Positions 36,296-48,600 are shown, numbered from the stretch's first letter. The stretch: DNA of 64,000 nt from Takakia lepidozioides (GCA_030704615.1 CM060731.1:24924001-24988000), one strand, 5' to 3'. The notes: generated by a model from the sequence alone, not told the origin. A program made the numbers and translations.

Positions 36296-38860
36296 ATGCC
36301 ACTAGTTGCTGGGGACAGTGCCGGTTTGAGCACTAGTGATACTAGTGGGTATATGAGACGAGGTGTGCGGTTTAGGCCACCTTCACCTCCTGTGTCTTCT
36401 ATGGAAGGTTTTGATTCGGATTGTGAATCAGGAGGACTCATACCGGCGGTGCAAGTTGTTTCCTTGTCATTGTTGTGGGACACAATGGAGGAGATGTATG
36501 GAGCTACCAAGGGGCCACGAAGGTACTCTGGGGCGGTGGGCACCATCGAGTTGGATGATTTTATCCAATAGTTTGATAGTTGGTGTGATTTGCAGCAAAT
36601 GCGCAATCCACAACTATTTACGCCTTTCATGGCACGGAAGGGGCTGTTTCAGCACCTTGAGGGGCCGCCTATGGATGATTACCATGAGTTCAGGCGGGGG
36701 CATGAGGTTGAGATCGAGGAGTGGAGGATGTACTGGTCACCCGACTATGTCTCCATCACTAGGGGCACTAGAGCCACGAGGGTAGTGGCTACACCTGTCG
36801 CTGCACCGGCAGCTTCAACAAGCAACAGTGGGACTAGTGGGACTGGTGGTACAGTAGCTACGACGTCCACCCAAGCCACTACCGCACCAGCACTAGTACC
36901 CGTCCCTGTCTTCAACCCTGTTGTGGAGTTCTTCAAAGAATTGAGAGGGAACTACCAAGGGGTGAGGACAGAGAAGTTGCGGAGCTTGCAAGAGTTCCAA
37001 CGAAAGCCAACTGAGAGCTTGAGGGAGGCTTTCACTCGCATGAGGCGCTTGATAAATGTAACCCAAGGGGTTACGGAAGCTCAGGCAGTCCAATTATGGT
37101 ATGGGATATTGGACAAGGAGCTGAGGAGAAGGGTGCGGGATGCAACTCTCCTACAAGCGGCCCAACCCACCTTAGCAAATGTGTTTTTGCTGGCAGAGCG
37201 GATAGAGCTCAACATGGTGGAGGAACGAGCGGTCATGGTGGGATTTGCTAAGGAGACACCACGGGGTAGTGGTGCTCCTAGCCAACCACTACCTCAACGT
37301 GCTCAAGGCAACAAGGGGGCTCAGGTGAAGCTCAGGGAAGGGCAGAGAGGACCTCAGATGCAGGGGTCTCTCCCTTCATTTGCTGGCCAACAACGGGCGG
37401 ATGTGGTGTGCTGGACATGTGGAGGACCCCATGTCAAGAAGGATTGCCCAGAGAGAGACAAAGGGCCAGCACATGCACAGCCTACACAGTTGCAGTGTGG
37501 GCATTGTGGCAAGCATGGGCATGGAGAGGCCTGGTGTTATGGTTTGCATCCTGAGTTGCGCCCAGGCCAGTTCCAAGGGAACAATGGTGGCTGGGGGCGA
37601 GGTGGAGCAGCCCAGAGAGGACGAGGTGGCCAGGCACGAGGTGCAGGCCAAGGGCAAGCTCAACATGGCCGAGGACGTGGAGGTCAGGGTGTTGACCAAG
37701 GCATGGCCAACCGGCTTCAGCAGCTAGAGCAGAGGCTCGCTGCCATGGCTACAGCTCAAGTGGTACCGGCTCCAAGGCTGGATGGTCCACCTCCTGCTCC
37801 TGAGGGAGGAGATATGGGAGACATGGGATTCATGTGCAGAGCAGCACTACCATTAGTGCAGGTGGAGTCTACTGCAGCCGTGACTCGAGGAGCAGCACGA
37901 GTTCCTGAGCCACGAGGTGCAGAGGTGGAGTTGGATTCACAGCGTGGGGAGGCAAGTCGTCAGACTAGGCTTCCTCAGTCATTCACATTGGCGGAGACAG
38001 TGTCGACGCCATCCATGGCACCTAGTTCTCGCCCGACTGTTACCAAGGCGGAGATTACTATGCCATTGGGGAGAGCTACACGGGTAGCACCACTACCTAG
38101 TGTTGCCAAGGCTACAGCAGCTAGTGTGCTGCTGGGAGCGGCCACATCTGTGTGTCAGGCTCCATTGTTCTCGGCTACCATGATTGCGACGCCGGGGGTA
38201 AGACCAGCTGAGGTGTTCAGGTTGGCAGTTACACTCTGTGAGAGTGGGGAGGCTACTTCATCTTCTGCGGAGATAGTGAGAGGTGTAGTGCCGGAGGGAT
38301 CCTTGGATTTGAGGGTCAAAACTGCCACAGCGGCACCATGGCAAGCTGCAGCTGTCAGGTTGATGGAGCTGCCAGCTAGGCCAGCCATTGAGCGCGCCAT
38401 GGTGACACCTGGAGTTGTCATGTTAGACAACCAGGATGATATTTTAGGTTTGAGTGGACCGGCAGGCAAGAGGTACCGGCCACTGCGGGTCTTGTTGGAC
38501 TCGGGAGCTCAGCCATTGATGCTGGGCAGAGCTGCTATTGCAGGCTTGGGCCTCACGGAGGCGGATATGGAGCCTTGTCCTTTCCAGATACAGACGTCTC
38601 TGGGAGGATCGGAGCAGGCTTGGGGCATGACACGACATGAGTTGGCTATCAGACTACGGCTGGATCACCCTACAGATGGCTCAGTGATGTGAGCCAAGGC
38701 CATTGTGACAGACGCGGTCTCGTACGATGTCCTGGTTGGTGGGCCAGTATTGTACCCAATGGGCTTCACCCTGGATTTTTGGGAGGAGTCAGCTTCATAT
38801 AGGCCTGGATGGCAGTCAGGGGAGGGCCGGCGTATGTAGCTCCCTGTGACATTCATAGGA
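36296..38860 (+). pseudogene. gag: Family 2 gag + aspartic protease (premature stops at 36569, 38690, 38837)
   Basis: One frame from ATG 36296. Capsid-like QKPTESLREAFTRM, zinc knuckles CWTCGGPHVKKDC and CGHCGKHGHGEAWC, protease VLLDSGAQ...YDVLVG. Confidence 0.88.
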
Positions 38861-39179
38861 GGAGTTGCGGTTGCCCAGCGGGGCAAGATGCCGACACTAG
38901 CAGCATTTGCAACGGTAGTGAGTTGGCCTGGAGAGTTGCTTGAGGGCAACGCTCATTCAGAGGATGTGTCACCTCCAAAAGAGTAGGAAGACATGTATGG
39001 TATGGCGGAGTTGTCTGCCATGGTTGCTCAGACTCCATTATGGGGCACGAACAAGGATTTGCAGCGGGTTGCTAATCGACGGGTGCAACAAGCCTGGGTG
39101 GAGGCTTTTGTACCATCAAGAGAGGAGGAGAGTGTGGGGATTGCACCAGGACCACCTCAGTTGTCTCCATTGGAGGCAG

Positions 39180-40140
39180 TATCCGGATGAAGGCATTTGT
39201 CTTCTGGACTTGTTTGGCGGGATCAGCACCGGATTGGCTGCTGTGTTACAGGCAGGTTTACGAGTTCGGCGTTACCTGTATGTCGAGAGAAATAAGACTG
39301 CACGACGCATTTCACTTCGTCATGTTGCTCAGTTGGTGCAGCAGTACCCTGAGTTGTTGCCGATGTTTGCAGTTCGTGGATATCAGCAGGCCTTGCCAGC
39401 AGACATTTCGTTGCTGGGGGCGCAGGATTGGGAGCGGGTTGGCTCCATTGATCTGGTAGTGGCAGGTTGGCCCTGCCAAAGGCATTCATTAGCCGGGCAT
39501 GGCAATGGATTGCAAGACTCAAGGTCGGGTCTGTTTTGGGAGATGGTGCGGGTTTTGCGCCACTTGCAGCTTCATCAAGCTGTATCTCCAGCATACATCT
39601 TGGAGAATGTGCCACTGATGGGCGATTCTCAGGCCAGGGTGATGGCCAGTGTGCATCAAGTCCGGTCATGGCTTGGGTCAGCAGTGTTGCTAGATGCAGC
39701 TACAGTGGGGTCACGGGTTCATCGTCCACGGCTATGGTGGACTAACTTGATGTCACCCGCACTGCTCAAGCGTGCATTTGATGGGGTGCAGCGGCCAGCA
39801 CATCTCACAGTGGATAGCATTTTGGACACAGGGAGGCAGTCTCAGCGTGTGAGACACGATGACCATTCGCCTTTGGCAGTGGTCAACAAGGTGGGGTCAA
39901 CCACGAGCAGCATTACCTACACTGCTCAGCTTCCCAGGATCGCATATTTTCCGGGATAGTGGACCTGGCCTCCAGTGGGATGCTCAGTTGCAGCAGTTAG
40001 TAGAGCCTAATGCTGAAGAGCGTGAGCAGGCAATGGGTTTTACCACTGGTACCACGGCGGTGCTGTCTCTTTCTGAGGCATCACGTCGTCAAGTGTTGGG
40101 GCAAGCAATGGATCTCAATTGCTTGACCTGGATTATCAGC
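39180..40140 (+). pseudogene. C5-cytosine DNA methyltransferase domain (DNMT3-like) inside the retrotransposon Pol
   Basis: Motif I LLDLFGG (39201), II YVE, IV DLVVAGWPCQ (PC at 39471), VI YILENV (ENV at 39603), VIII HRPRLWWTNL (RPR at 39723). After a frameshift at ~39893: IX EREQAMGFTTGTT and X RRQVLGQAM. Confidence 0.93.
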
Positions 40141-40559
40141 TTGGCTATGGCTGAGCAACGCAGAGTGCGGAGTACACTTCCCTCGATGGTCTCTCTGCCT
40201 ACCGAGATGGTACAGGCAGTGAGTGGGGGCGAGCATGAGAGGACCACGGGGTGCAGGCATCCATGGCACACGTGGGAGGTGCTCGAGGTTCAGAGGGAGT
40301 TGGCAGCCAGGGCGGCGGTGATGGATGAGGTTGGGGATTTTTCTCGGGTTGAGGAAGTCCTCGAGTATGAGATGATGGGGCAGGATGAGGCCTTGTCATT
40401 GACTGAGCAGGTAAGGAGGACTGCTCAAGAGGTTGCAACATAGCAACCACTGGACGCGTCCTCTACCTCTAAGCCCACTGGACTTAAGGTTGAAGTTACG
40501 GAGGACAATTGGGAGCCTGACATTGGACCCATTGTCACCGGAGGAGAGAGACGACATAT

Positions 40560-41824
40560 ACGGCGGTTCCTGAGGGCTTACAGGAATTGTTTTGCCTTCA
40601 GTTTGAAGGACTTGGGGCACTGAAGGGTCAAGAGATCCGTATTGAGTTGGCCACTGACACGCCAATCTTTTGGAGACCCTATAGATACAGTGACATGGAG
40701 AGGTCTTTGATTCAGATGAGGACTCAAGATCTCTGGGAGGCTGGTTTGGTGGAGCTCTCTGGTGGAGAGTATGCTTCAGCCACAGTGATGTCAGCCAAGA
40801 AGGATGTCTATGGCAATTGGACAGAGAGACGTATGTGCGGTGATTACCGGCCTGTAAATCATCAGAACAAGTCCGATAAGTATGTCATGCCAACACCGGA
40901 GGAGATCTTTGATGCCATTGGGCATGCTAAGGTCTTTAGCACTTTGGATTTACGATCCGGATATCACCAGTTGCCGATCAAGGAGGCAGTCAAGCAGAAG
41001 ACGGCATTCTGGGGGATCAATGAGCACGGCAAGGATTGCCTATATCAGTGGCAGTTCTTACCATTTGGGCTTAAGAACGCTCCTGCAGATTTTCAAAGAG
41101 TCATGGATAGGATTCTAGCAGGGGTGGACTTTGCTCGGTGCTACATAGATGACATCATCATCTTTAGTGCTACGGTGGAGGAGCATGAGAGACACCTTCA
41201 GGTGGTATTGGAGCGCTTGAGAACGCACGGATTGAAGTTGCATCCGGGGAAGTGCAAGTTTTTCCACAACCAGATTGAGTATCTGGGTCACATGATATAT
41301 CCTGGAGGATTGGGGGTACAGCAAACTAAGGTAGAGGCCATTGCACAAATTCCACGCCCCACGGATGTGAGCCGAGTTCAAGCTTTCATGGGGTTGGCAA
41401 ACTATTATAGACGGTTTGTCGAGGGATTTAGTGCCATTGCAAAGGCTCTAACCAAGCTGACCAAGGTGGACTAGGAGTGGCAGTGGGAAGATGAGCAGAA
41501 ACGAGCTTTTCAAGAGCTCAAGGCGAGGTTGACCTCAGCGCCTATCCTGAGATGACCTATCAGGGGGCGTCCCTTTCAGCTGCATACGGATTGGAGCGGT
41601 GCTCACACAGGTGGATGATGAGGGAAGAGAGTTCGTAGTGGTTTATACTAGCCGCTCGAACAACGCTGCAGAGGCTAAGTACAGCTCATATGAGGGAGAG
41701 TGCTTAGTTGCAGTGTGGGCCGTAGCACACTTCAAGTGCTATCTATACAACAATCTCTTCACCCTTGTCATGGATCACCATCCACTCAAGTGGTTGATAG
41801 AGTCAGACAAGCTTACGGGGAAGC
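40560..41824 (+). pseudogene. pol: Family 2 reverse transcriptase and N-terminal RNase H
   Basis: RMCGDYRPVN, STLDLRSGYHQ, LPFGLKNAP, CYIDDIIIF, YLGH; then LHTDWS, YEGECL, DHHPLKWL, with stops and a small deletion. Confidence 0.92.
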
Positions 41825-42762
41825 TGTTAGAGGACTGTCGGGGACTTAGACACTTATACGGGATCTGTAGGGTACCCTTAATTTTTGCACAGACTGAGAC
41901 CAACAGGAGCCTTAGGGGTGACAGCAGCGCACTGTAGAGGGGGGGTTACACAGTCGTCACAGCCCACACAGCCATCACAGCCACACAGCCGACACAGCCG
42001 ACACAGCCCGACACAGCCCGACACAGCCACACAGCCAGTCACAGCCCGACACAGCCAAACACAGTCGCACAGCCAGTCACAGCCCGTCACAGTTTCACAC
42101 AGCCAGTCACAGCTTGACACAGCTGTCACGATCATAGGGAACGAAGAGTAGGACAGGGAACGACTGTGGGGAACAACACCTGCGAAGGGAACATGTTAGT
42201 TCACAGACACGGTTAGTGAGGGAAACGGTTAGAACCGCGGATAGGAAGATAAAAGGGAAAACGGGGAATGAAGGATTTTTATTTCACAGCATTCGGAGGA
42301 GGACTTCTTGGTGATAGAGGAGAGGGGATCGGGCAGAGATGAAGAACGGAAGTGAAGATAGAGAGATGATGAGTAGATGCTTGATATATGCAAGGCTATA
42401 ATGATATTGTAGAGTAGATTAGAGACACAATGGCTTCGGCCTGATACCTGATAAATCATAATCGGATACTTTTACGATACAATCACACTGTGTAGAGAGA
42501 TCTGAGTGAAGCTGTGGAATGAATGGATGAGTTGATGGAATCCAATAGATTGATAAAGCAAACTGATACTTAATTATCAATGGTAAGATAGTTAACATGA
42601 ATACCATAAGGGAAACAAATAGGAAACACCCCCATGATACACTAGCTGTAGGTCATGACTGATTGTTCTGCGCGGGCTGAGTACTTAGAGATTTCCAACT
42701 ATTCAATCTTGGAGTTTCCGCCTCGAATAGCGAAGGGATGGGTGAGTAAAAGCCGCGCGACA
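41825..42762 (+). repeat. 5' LTR of copy B
   Basis: TGTTAGAGG...GCGCGACA, followed by the PBS. Confidence 0.95.
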
Positions 42763-43350
42763 TTTGGCGACCATACTGGGGACCTGGGACATGAACAACC
42801 AGATGTGACAGGCATCTGGTGGGATCATGGTGGTTGGACCATTAAAGAATTTGAAGTGAATCAAATTCCCTGTGGAACGAAGGAAGAAAGATTGTCCAAA
42901 CAATTCTTTCAAAGGTTCTTGGAATTGCCAGACGGTTGTAAAGAAAATATTCTTAAACGAGTGCATGATGCTGATCCAGAATGGGGTCTGGAGAAAGGAG
43001 TGATAAAGATTTATCAGGTAGCCTGTAGAGGAAGAGCATGTTGGTTACCAACATTGGTTTATGTGATAGCATTGCTATCCATTAAACGAGTAGAGTTTGA
43101 AGGCTGGGAAGAAAGAAAGGTGAATGTTTATACTCATATGCATGAAGAGCTTGTGCTGGTAAAGAATTGGATTCCAAAGGATATTTTTTGGATCAAACTC
43201 ACACCAAGAACAGCTTTTCAGACTTGTTTGCCATATGGTTATATGGTAACGGAGACTTCAAGTATAGCCAAGGGTGCATTGAAGCTTGAAAGAAACCCAG
43301 GCATATACGAGAGATATTACAGAAGAGAGTTTTGGTTATTGCCACATTAA
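42655..43350 (+). CDS. Extra 5' ORF (231 aa, unknown function) starting inside the LTR, upstream of gag
   Basis: Open frame; homolog at 56230-56911 differs largely by synonymous changes. Confidence 0.7.
   Translation: MTDCSARAEYLEISNYSILEFPPRIAKGWVSKSRATFGDHTGDLGHEQPDVTGIWWDHGGWTIKEFEVNQIPCGTKEERLSKQFFQRFLELPDGCKENILKRVHDADPEWGLEKGVIKIYQVACRGRACWLPTLVYVIALLSIKRVEFEGWEERKVNVYTHMHEELVLVKNWIPKDIFWIKLTPRTAFQTCLPYGYMVTETSSIAKGALKLERNPGIYERYYRREFWLLPH
42765..42781 (+). promoter_or_regulatory. Primer binding site (tRNA-Arg-like)
   Basis: TGGCGACCATACTGGGG lies 2 nt after the LTR and is complementary to a tRNA 3' end ...GGTCGCCA. The tRNA identity is from recall, not from a search. Confidence 0.7.
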
Positions 43351-43371
43351 AAGAAATGAAAGACATGGGAC

Positions 43372-45693
43372 ATGAGTGATGAAAGAGAAGCTAGACGACA
43401 GAGATATTCAGCAAAAAGAGAAAGCTATCTGAAAGCTAATTATCCATATTTTTGGGAGAGAGGAATAGACATAGGGGAATCATCTGGACCTCTCACACCA
43501 TCAAGATCAAAGAGTGCATCACCTATACCGGAAGAACTAGAGTTGGATGCCACTCCTTCTGTTTCTTTGCAAGAAAGATTAAGGGAATTGGTACAGGAAG
43601 AAGATCAATCACGAGGTGAAAGATCTGAGGTACATCCTTGGATAAAATACTTGACAGAAATCTTTGATAAGAGTTGGCATGGAACACCAAAAGCAGGAAC
43701 TCCAGTTTCTGAAGCAGAAGATGAAGAAGGAGAAGAGGATGTGGCAGAGCCAACGGAGAGTTCAGACTCTCCAACACCATTACAGTTGAGTTACATGAGT
43801 GAAGAAGAAACCCAAGGGCAGAACTTGGAGGATGAAAACAGAGAGAAGAAATTAGAAGAGGAAGAATATGAAGAAGTAGACCCAACAGCTGAGGTTGAGA
43901 CTACAACCAGGACATCCCAACCCGTTGGACCTGGATCAAGTGGAGCACTTGGATCACAGGCCAACGAAGGTGTCGGCTCAGGGGGATCAGGCGGGCTGCC
44001 TGGATCTGGCTCTGGGGGGACAGGGAGTGTGGGAATTAGTGCAACTGAAGCTGGGAATACTGTGAATATCGTGGGGCCAGAAGCAGGGAGTGCTCAAGGG
44101 CCACCACTTGGTGGAAGATCCACCACAAAAACAACAGGTCCAGAAGGACCAGCACCAGCAAGGGTGCCAGCACCTGTCAGTGGGCAGAAGGTAGGGCCAC
44201 AGATGGCGTTACAACCAACACGGGCAAAACCACCCTTTCCAATATATTCAGGAAAAGGGGATCCCGATGTACACATTAGCCAATTTGAGCACATGTGTAT
44301 AGTGAACAATGAGAATGGCGATGATGCCAAGATGAGACTGTTTCCTTGCTCACTTATCAAGAAAGCAAGTGAATGGTATGCAAGATTCCTTGATAATCAT
44401 TTCCTAACCTGGAATGGCTTGAATACAGCATTTCGAAATAGGTTCAGGACAAGTAAAACTGAGGATGAAGTGTATGGAAGTTTACAACAGCTGAAGCAGA
44501 AGAAGCATGAAACTGTTGAAGAGTATATGGAGAAGATGGAATTGATGATGAAAAAGCTGGCTGCAGTACCAGCACCCGGGTTACAGAAGACTTGGTTTGT
44601 GAGTGGACTAAGACCAGAGTTGCAAAAGAAAGTGGATATGTTACCCCATAACACAGTGGAGGAGGCATTTGAAACTGCGAACAGAATTGAGCAATTGGGA
44701 ATGCTCAGGAGAGAGAAAAAGGAAGATGAGGACTCTGAGGATGAGTCAGATGAAGAAGAAGAGCAAGAACTAAAAAGAAAGAGTAAGAGAAAGGAGAAGT
44801 TGAAGAGGGATAACTATGAAAAAAAATTGGAAGAAATCTTGAAGAAGTATGCCACAGAGGCTGCAACACATTGGAGGAAGGGTGTATGGTGTGCAAAGTG
44901 CCAGAATGAAGGCCATACCACCAAAGAATGCCACATGAAGGAGAAACACTGTACTATCTGTAAAATGGATAACCATTCTACTGAGAATTGTTACTACAAC
45001 AGAAGGACAGCTGCAAGAGAACCTAGGCAAGTAAGGGTGCATCAGGTGCAGCCCCAGCCAAGAAGAAACAATGATCAGGACCACTATGGTAGGTCTGGTG
45101 GTTATAACAATGGCATGGAAGGGAGAGGTAATTCAAGAGGGAATTACCAAGGAAATTCCAGAGGCAACTATCAGGGTAATCCAAGGGGGAATTACCAGCC
45201 CGGGAATCAGGATTATAGAAATAATCCAAGAACAGACCAAGGGCGAGGACCCAATGGTGAAGAGCTATGTTACTATTGTAATCAGCCAGGACATCGCAAG
45301 GCAGCCTGTTCATTCTGGATAAGACACCAGAATGAGATGAGAGCTCCTGTGAATGAGGGGCCAGTGGTGGCAGCTCACATGGTTAGGCCATGTGTTGTAC
45401 CAGAAGTAAGTACAATGATAGTAACAAGAAGTAAAGCCAAACTAATACCTCCAGTAGAAGAGGAAGAAGATGAGACTGGAAGTGGCAATGATATGCCTGA
45501 AGATGAAGAGACTTGGAAAGATGAGAAGGAACTGCACAAGGAAGTGGCAGATACTATAAGGGAAATGCAAAAGAGTACTGATATTCCTGTGGCAGATTCC
45601 TCTGATTCGGATGGAGAAAAAGAAGGGAGTGAGGAAGAAAGAAAAAAGAAGATGCAGACATGCAAAGTAATGAAGAGACTTTGGCTGAAGTAA
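43372..45693 (+). CDS. gag: Gag of copy B
   Basis: YSGKGDPDVHISQFE, LFPCSL..ASEWY, QKKHETVEEY; three CCHC knuckles. Confidence 0.92.
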   Translation: MSDEREARRQRYSAKRESYLKANYPYFWERGIDIGESSGPLTPSRSKSASPIPEELELDATPSVSLQERLRELVQEEDQSRGERSEVHPWIKYLTEIFDKSWHGTPKAGTPVSEAEDEEGEEDVAEPTESSDSPTPLQLSYMSEEETQGQNLEDENREKKLEEEEYEEVDPTAEVETTTRTSQPVGPGSSGALGSQANEGVGSGGSGGLPGSGSGGTGSVGISATEAGNTVNIVGPEAGSAQGPPLGGRSTTKTTGPEGPAPARVPAPVSGQKVGPQMALQPTRAKPPFPIYSGKGDPDVHISQFEHMCIVNNENGDDAKMRLFPCSLIKKASEWYARFLDNHFLTWNGLNTAFRNRFRTSKTEDEVYGSLQQLKQKKHETVEEYMEKMELMMKKLAAVPAPGLQKTWFVSGLRPELQKKVDMLPHNTVEEAFETANRIEQLGMLRREKKEDEDSEDESDEEEEQELKRKSKRKEKLKRDNYEKKLEEILKKYATEAATHWRKGVWCAKCQNEGHTTKECHMKEKHCTICKMDNHSTENCYYNRRTAAREPRQVRVHQVQPQPRRNNDQDHYGRSGGYNNGMEGRGNSRGNYQGNSRGNYQGNPRGNYQPGNQDYRNNPRTDQGRGPNGEELCYYCNQPGHRKAACSFWIRHQNEMRAPVNEGPVVAAHMVRPCVVPEVSTMIVTRSKAKLIPPVEEEEDETGSGNDMPEDEETWKDEKELHKEVADTIREMQKSTDIPVADSSDSDGEKEGSEEERKKKMQTCKVMKRLWLK

Positions 45694-48600
45694 TATGTCA
45701 GACCAAAGCAGAAATTACCATTGGACAGCTATTAGCTGTGGCACCTTATTGTAGGCACAGGCTGTATCAAGCAATCAATCGAATTGCCCAAGAGACAGGA
45801 AACACAGACCTGAACAGCAAGGTGACCAGTTATAATGTGAAGCCGGAAGGGCGAGAACCAGTCATGGACTTTGATGATTCTATGCCAGTAATCCAATTGA
45901 GAATTGGAAGCACAGAACTAACTGATGTACTGATAGATGGTGGTTCTGGAGTAAATATCATGACAGACCAATTAAGGAAGAAGCTTGGTCTAAGTAACAT
46001 GAAACCAGCCCCATTTACAGTAACAATGGCAGATCAAAGAAGTGTACAGCCATTGGGATTAATAAGAGGAGTTAAGATACAGATACAGAAAATGATCTTT
46101 ATGATCACAGTAACTGTATTAAAAATGGATGAAGTCATGGAGGCTTACTCCTTATTATTGGGACGTCCGTGGCTGAAACAGGCCAGGGTATTCCATGACT
46201 GGAATTCTCAGTTACTAACCGTGCATAATGGGATACACGAGATACAAATTACCACAAAGAAATCTAGTAGATTACCTGCTACAAGAAGACCTCGAGGAGT
46301 CAGAGAGTATGACTGGAGAGGAGGACTGGATGAGGAGCAGGAAGCTACCCTATTTGCTGCACACCCAGAGTGGGAGCAGGTTGCAGAGATGCGGCTGGAA
46401 AGCCTAAGTTGTTTGAGAGGTATCTGCTGTGGTGTAGTGACAGCAACACCAACTGAAGAGGAAACCAGCATTTACCCATCACATTTCTATGAAGAGAGAG
46501 AGAGGAGAAATAGAAATCCTAGAAGAACCAGCCACTGTGAGCTTACAGGATGAAGTGGTGACTGGTTGGACAATCACAGCTGATGAGCAGGTGAGAGAAG
46601 TAAATGTGGGAACTCACGAGGAACCGAGGATGGTGAAAGTAGGAGCTGATTTGGAGCCGGAATTCTTCGAAGAAGCTAAAAGCTTGTTCATCAAATACAG
46701 AGATGTATTTGCTTGGAGCTATGAGGATCTAAAAGGGATACCACCTGAAGTCTGTCAGCATAAGATTGAACTGGAACCAGGGTCAGTACCAATCAAGCAG
46801 GCGAGGTATAGAATGAATCCCAACTACGCACAGAAGGTTGGAGAAGAGATAAAGAAGTTGGCTGAGGCTAAGTTTATATACCCAATAGAGTATACAACTT
46901 GGTTGTCACCCATTGTTATAGTTCCCAAGAAGAATGGCAAACTAAGAGTATGTGTGAACTATAAGAAGCTGAATGCTTGTACGAAGAAAGATCCTTTCCC
47001 TTTGCCATTCACAGAAGCAGTATTAGACACTGTGGCAGGCCATGAGATGTACTCATTCATGGATGGCTTCAGTGGTTATAATCAAGTGCAAGTGGCAGAA
47101 GAAGACCAAGGGAAAACAGCTTTCATCACAGACTGGGGGGCTTATGCATACAAAGTCATGCCCTTTGGACTTTGTAATGCACCAGCGACCTTTCAGAGAG
47201 TGATAAGTGAATCTTTTCATGAGTATCTGGATGATTTCATGCAGGTATTCTTGGATGATTTCAGTGTGTACAGCTCTAAGAATGAGCACTTGCATAAATT
47301 GGAGTTATGTTTGGCCAGATGCAGGATGAGAGGTCTGGGCCTGAATCCAGAGAAGTGTACTTTCTGTGTGAACTCAGGGGTGCTTCTGGGACACATTGTG
47401 TGTAAGAAGGGACTCCTTGTGGATCCCAGAAAGACAGAGTCCATTAAAGCCTCTCCACCACCAGTGAATGTTAAAAGTCTACGAGATTCCTTGGGCAAAC
47501 CAGTTATTACAGGAGATTTGTCAAAAGGTATGCACAAATAGCAGCACCATTGAGCAAACTACTGAAGAAAGATGCAGTGTTTGCCTGGACAGCTGAATGT
47601 CAACAGTTTGAGGAACTTACACTGTCAGTAACAACTACACCTGTGCTGATTAACCCTCACTGGCATGTAGTATTCCATGTTCACTGCGATGCATCAGGAG
47701 AAGCGTTGGGAGCGGTGTTAGCCCAGAATGTTACAGGGAATATAGATTCACCTGTGTACTATGCTAGCCGGTTGATGAACAGTGCTGAGAGGAACTATAG
47801 CACAACGGAAAGAGAAGCATTGGCAATGATTTATGCAGTCAAGAAATTCAGGCATTACCTATTGGGAAGAAAGTTTATGTTTTATGTGGATCACCAGGCT
47901 CTGATATATCTGGTGAACAAACCTTTGATAAGTGGAAGGATAGCGAGGTGGTTAATAATCTTGCATGAGTTTGAGTTCGAGGTTATTTACAAGCCTGGCC
48001 GTTTGCATCTTGTGGCAGATCATTTGTCACGACTAACAACAGGAGAGCCGCCACAGGAGTGGACGATCAGTTACCTGATGCGAGTTTATTTGTAATGGAG
48101 GTGCAAGGAAGTGCAGATGAATGGTTAGATTGGCAGTGGCCAATCAGATACTACCTTGCTCATGGTCAGTGCCCACCTAGTTATGGTAAGGAGCAGAGGA
48201 AGAGAATCGCTATCAAAGCTTTACCTTATACTATGGTAGGAAGCAGAATGTATAAGTTAGGACCTGATGGAGTACTAAAACGATGCTTGTACCACCATGA
48301 AGTAAATAAAGTTTTGGCGGAAGTTCATAAAGGAGTGGCTGGAGGTCATTTTGGAGAAGAGACTACCAGTAGAAAGATACTACTCGCAGGATACTGGTGG
48401 CCTACTTTGTTCAAAGATGTACACGAGTATTGTCAGAAGTGTGATGAATGTCAGAGGCTAGGACCTTTGCAGAGATCTGGAAGGATGGCCTTGCATCCTA
48501 CAATGCCTACGGAACCATTTCAGAAATGGGGACTAGACTTTGTTGGACCAATTAACCCACCATCCAAGAATACACGAAACAGGTACATAATTACAGCCAC

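Larger units (their letters stand above)
35358..41824 (+). mobile_element. Ty3/Gypsy retrotransposon, family 2 (DNMT-carrying), 5' part
   Basis: Non-coding leader, probably a 5' LTR remnant ending TGTCAACA at 36290, then gag-PR-DNMT-RT-RH. Broken at ESDKLTGK by the copy B insertion and resumes at 55030. Confidence 0.9.

Noticed and set aside
45630-45660. Programmed -1 frameshift between gag and protease at A AAA AAG
   Set aside because: The heptamer is in the right frame, but only one copy covers it and this copy has many other 1-nt indels, so it cannot be told from a mutation or sequencing error.
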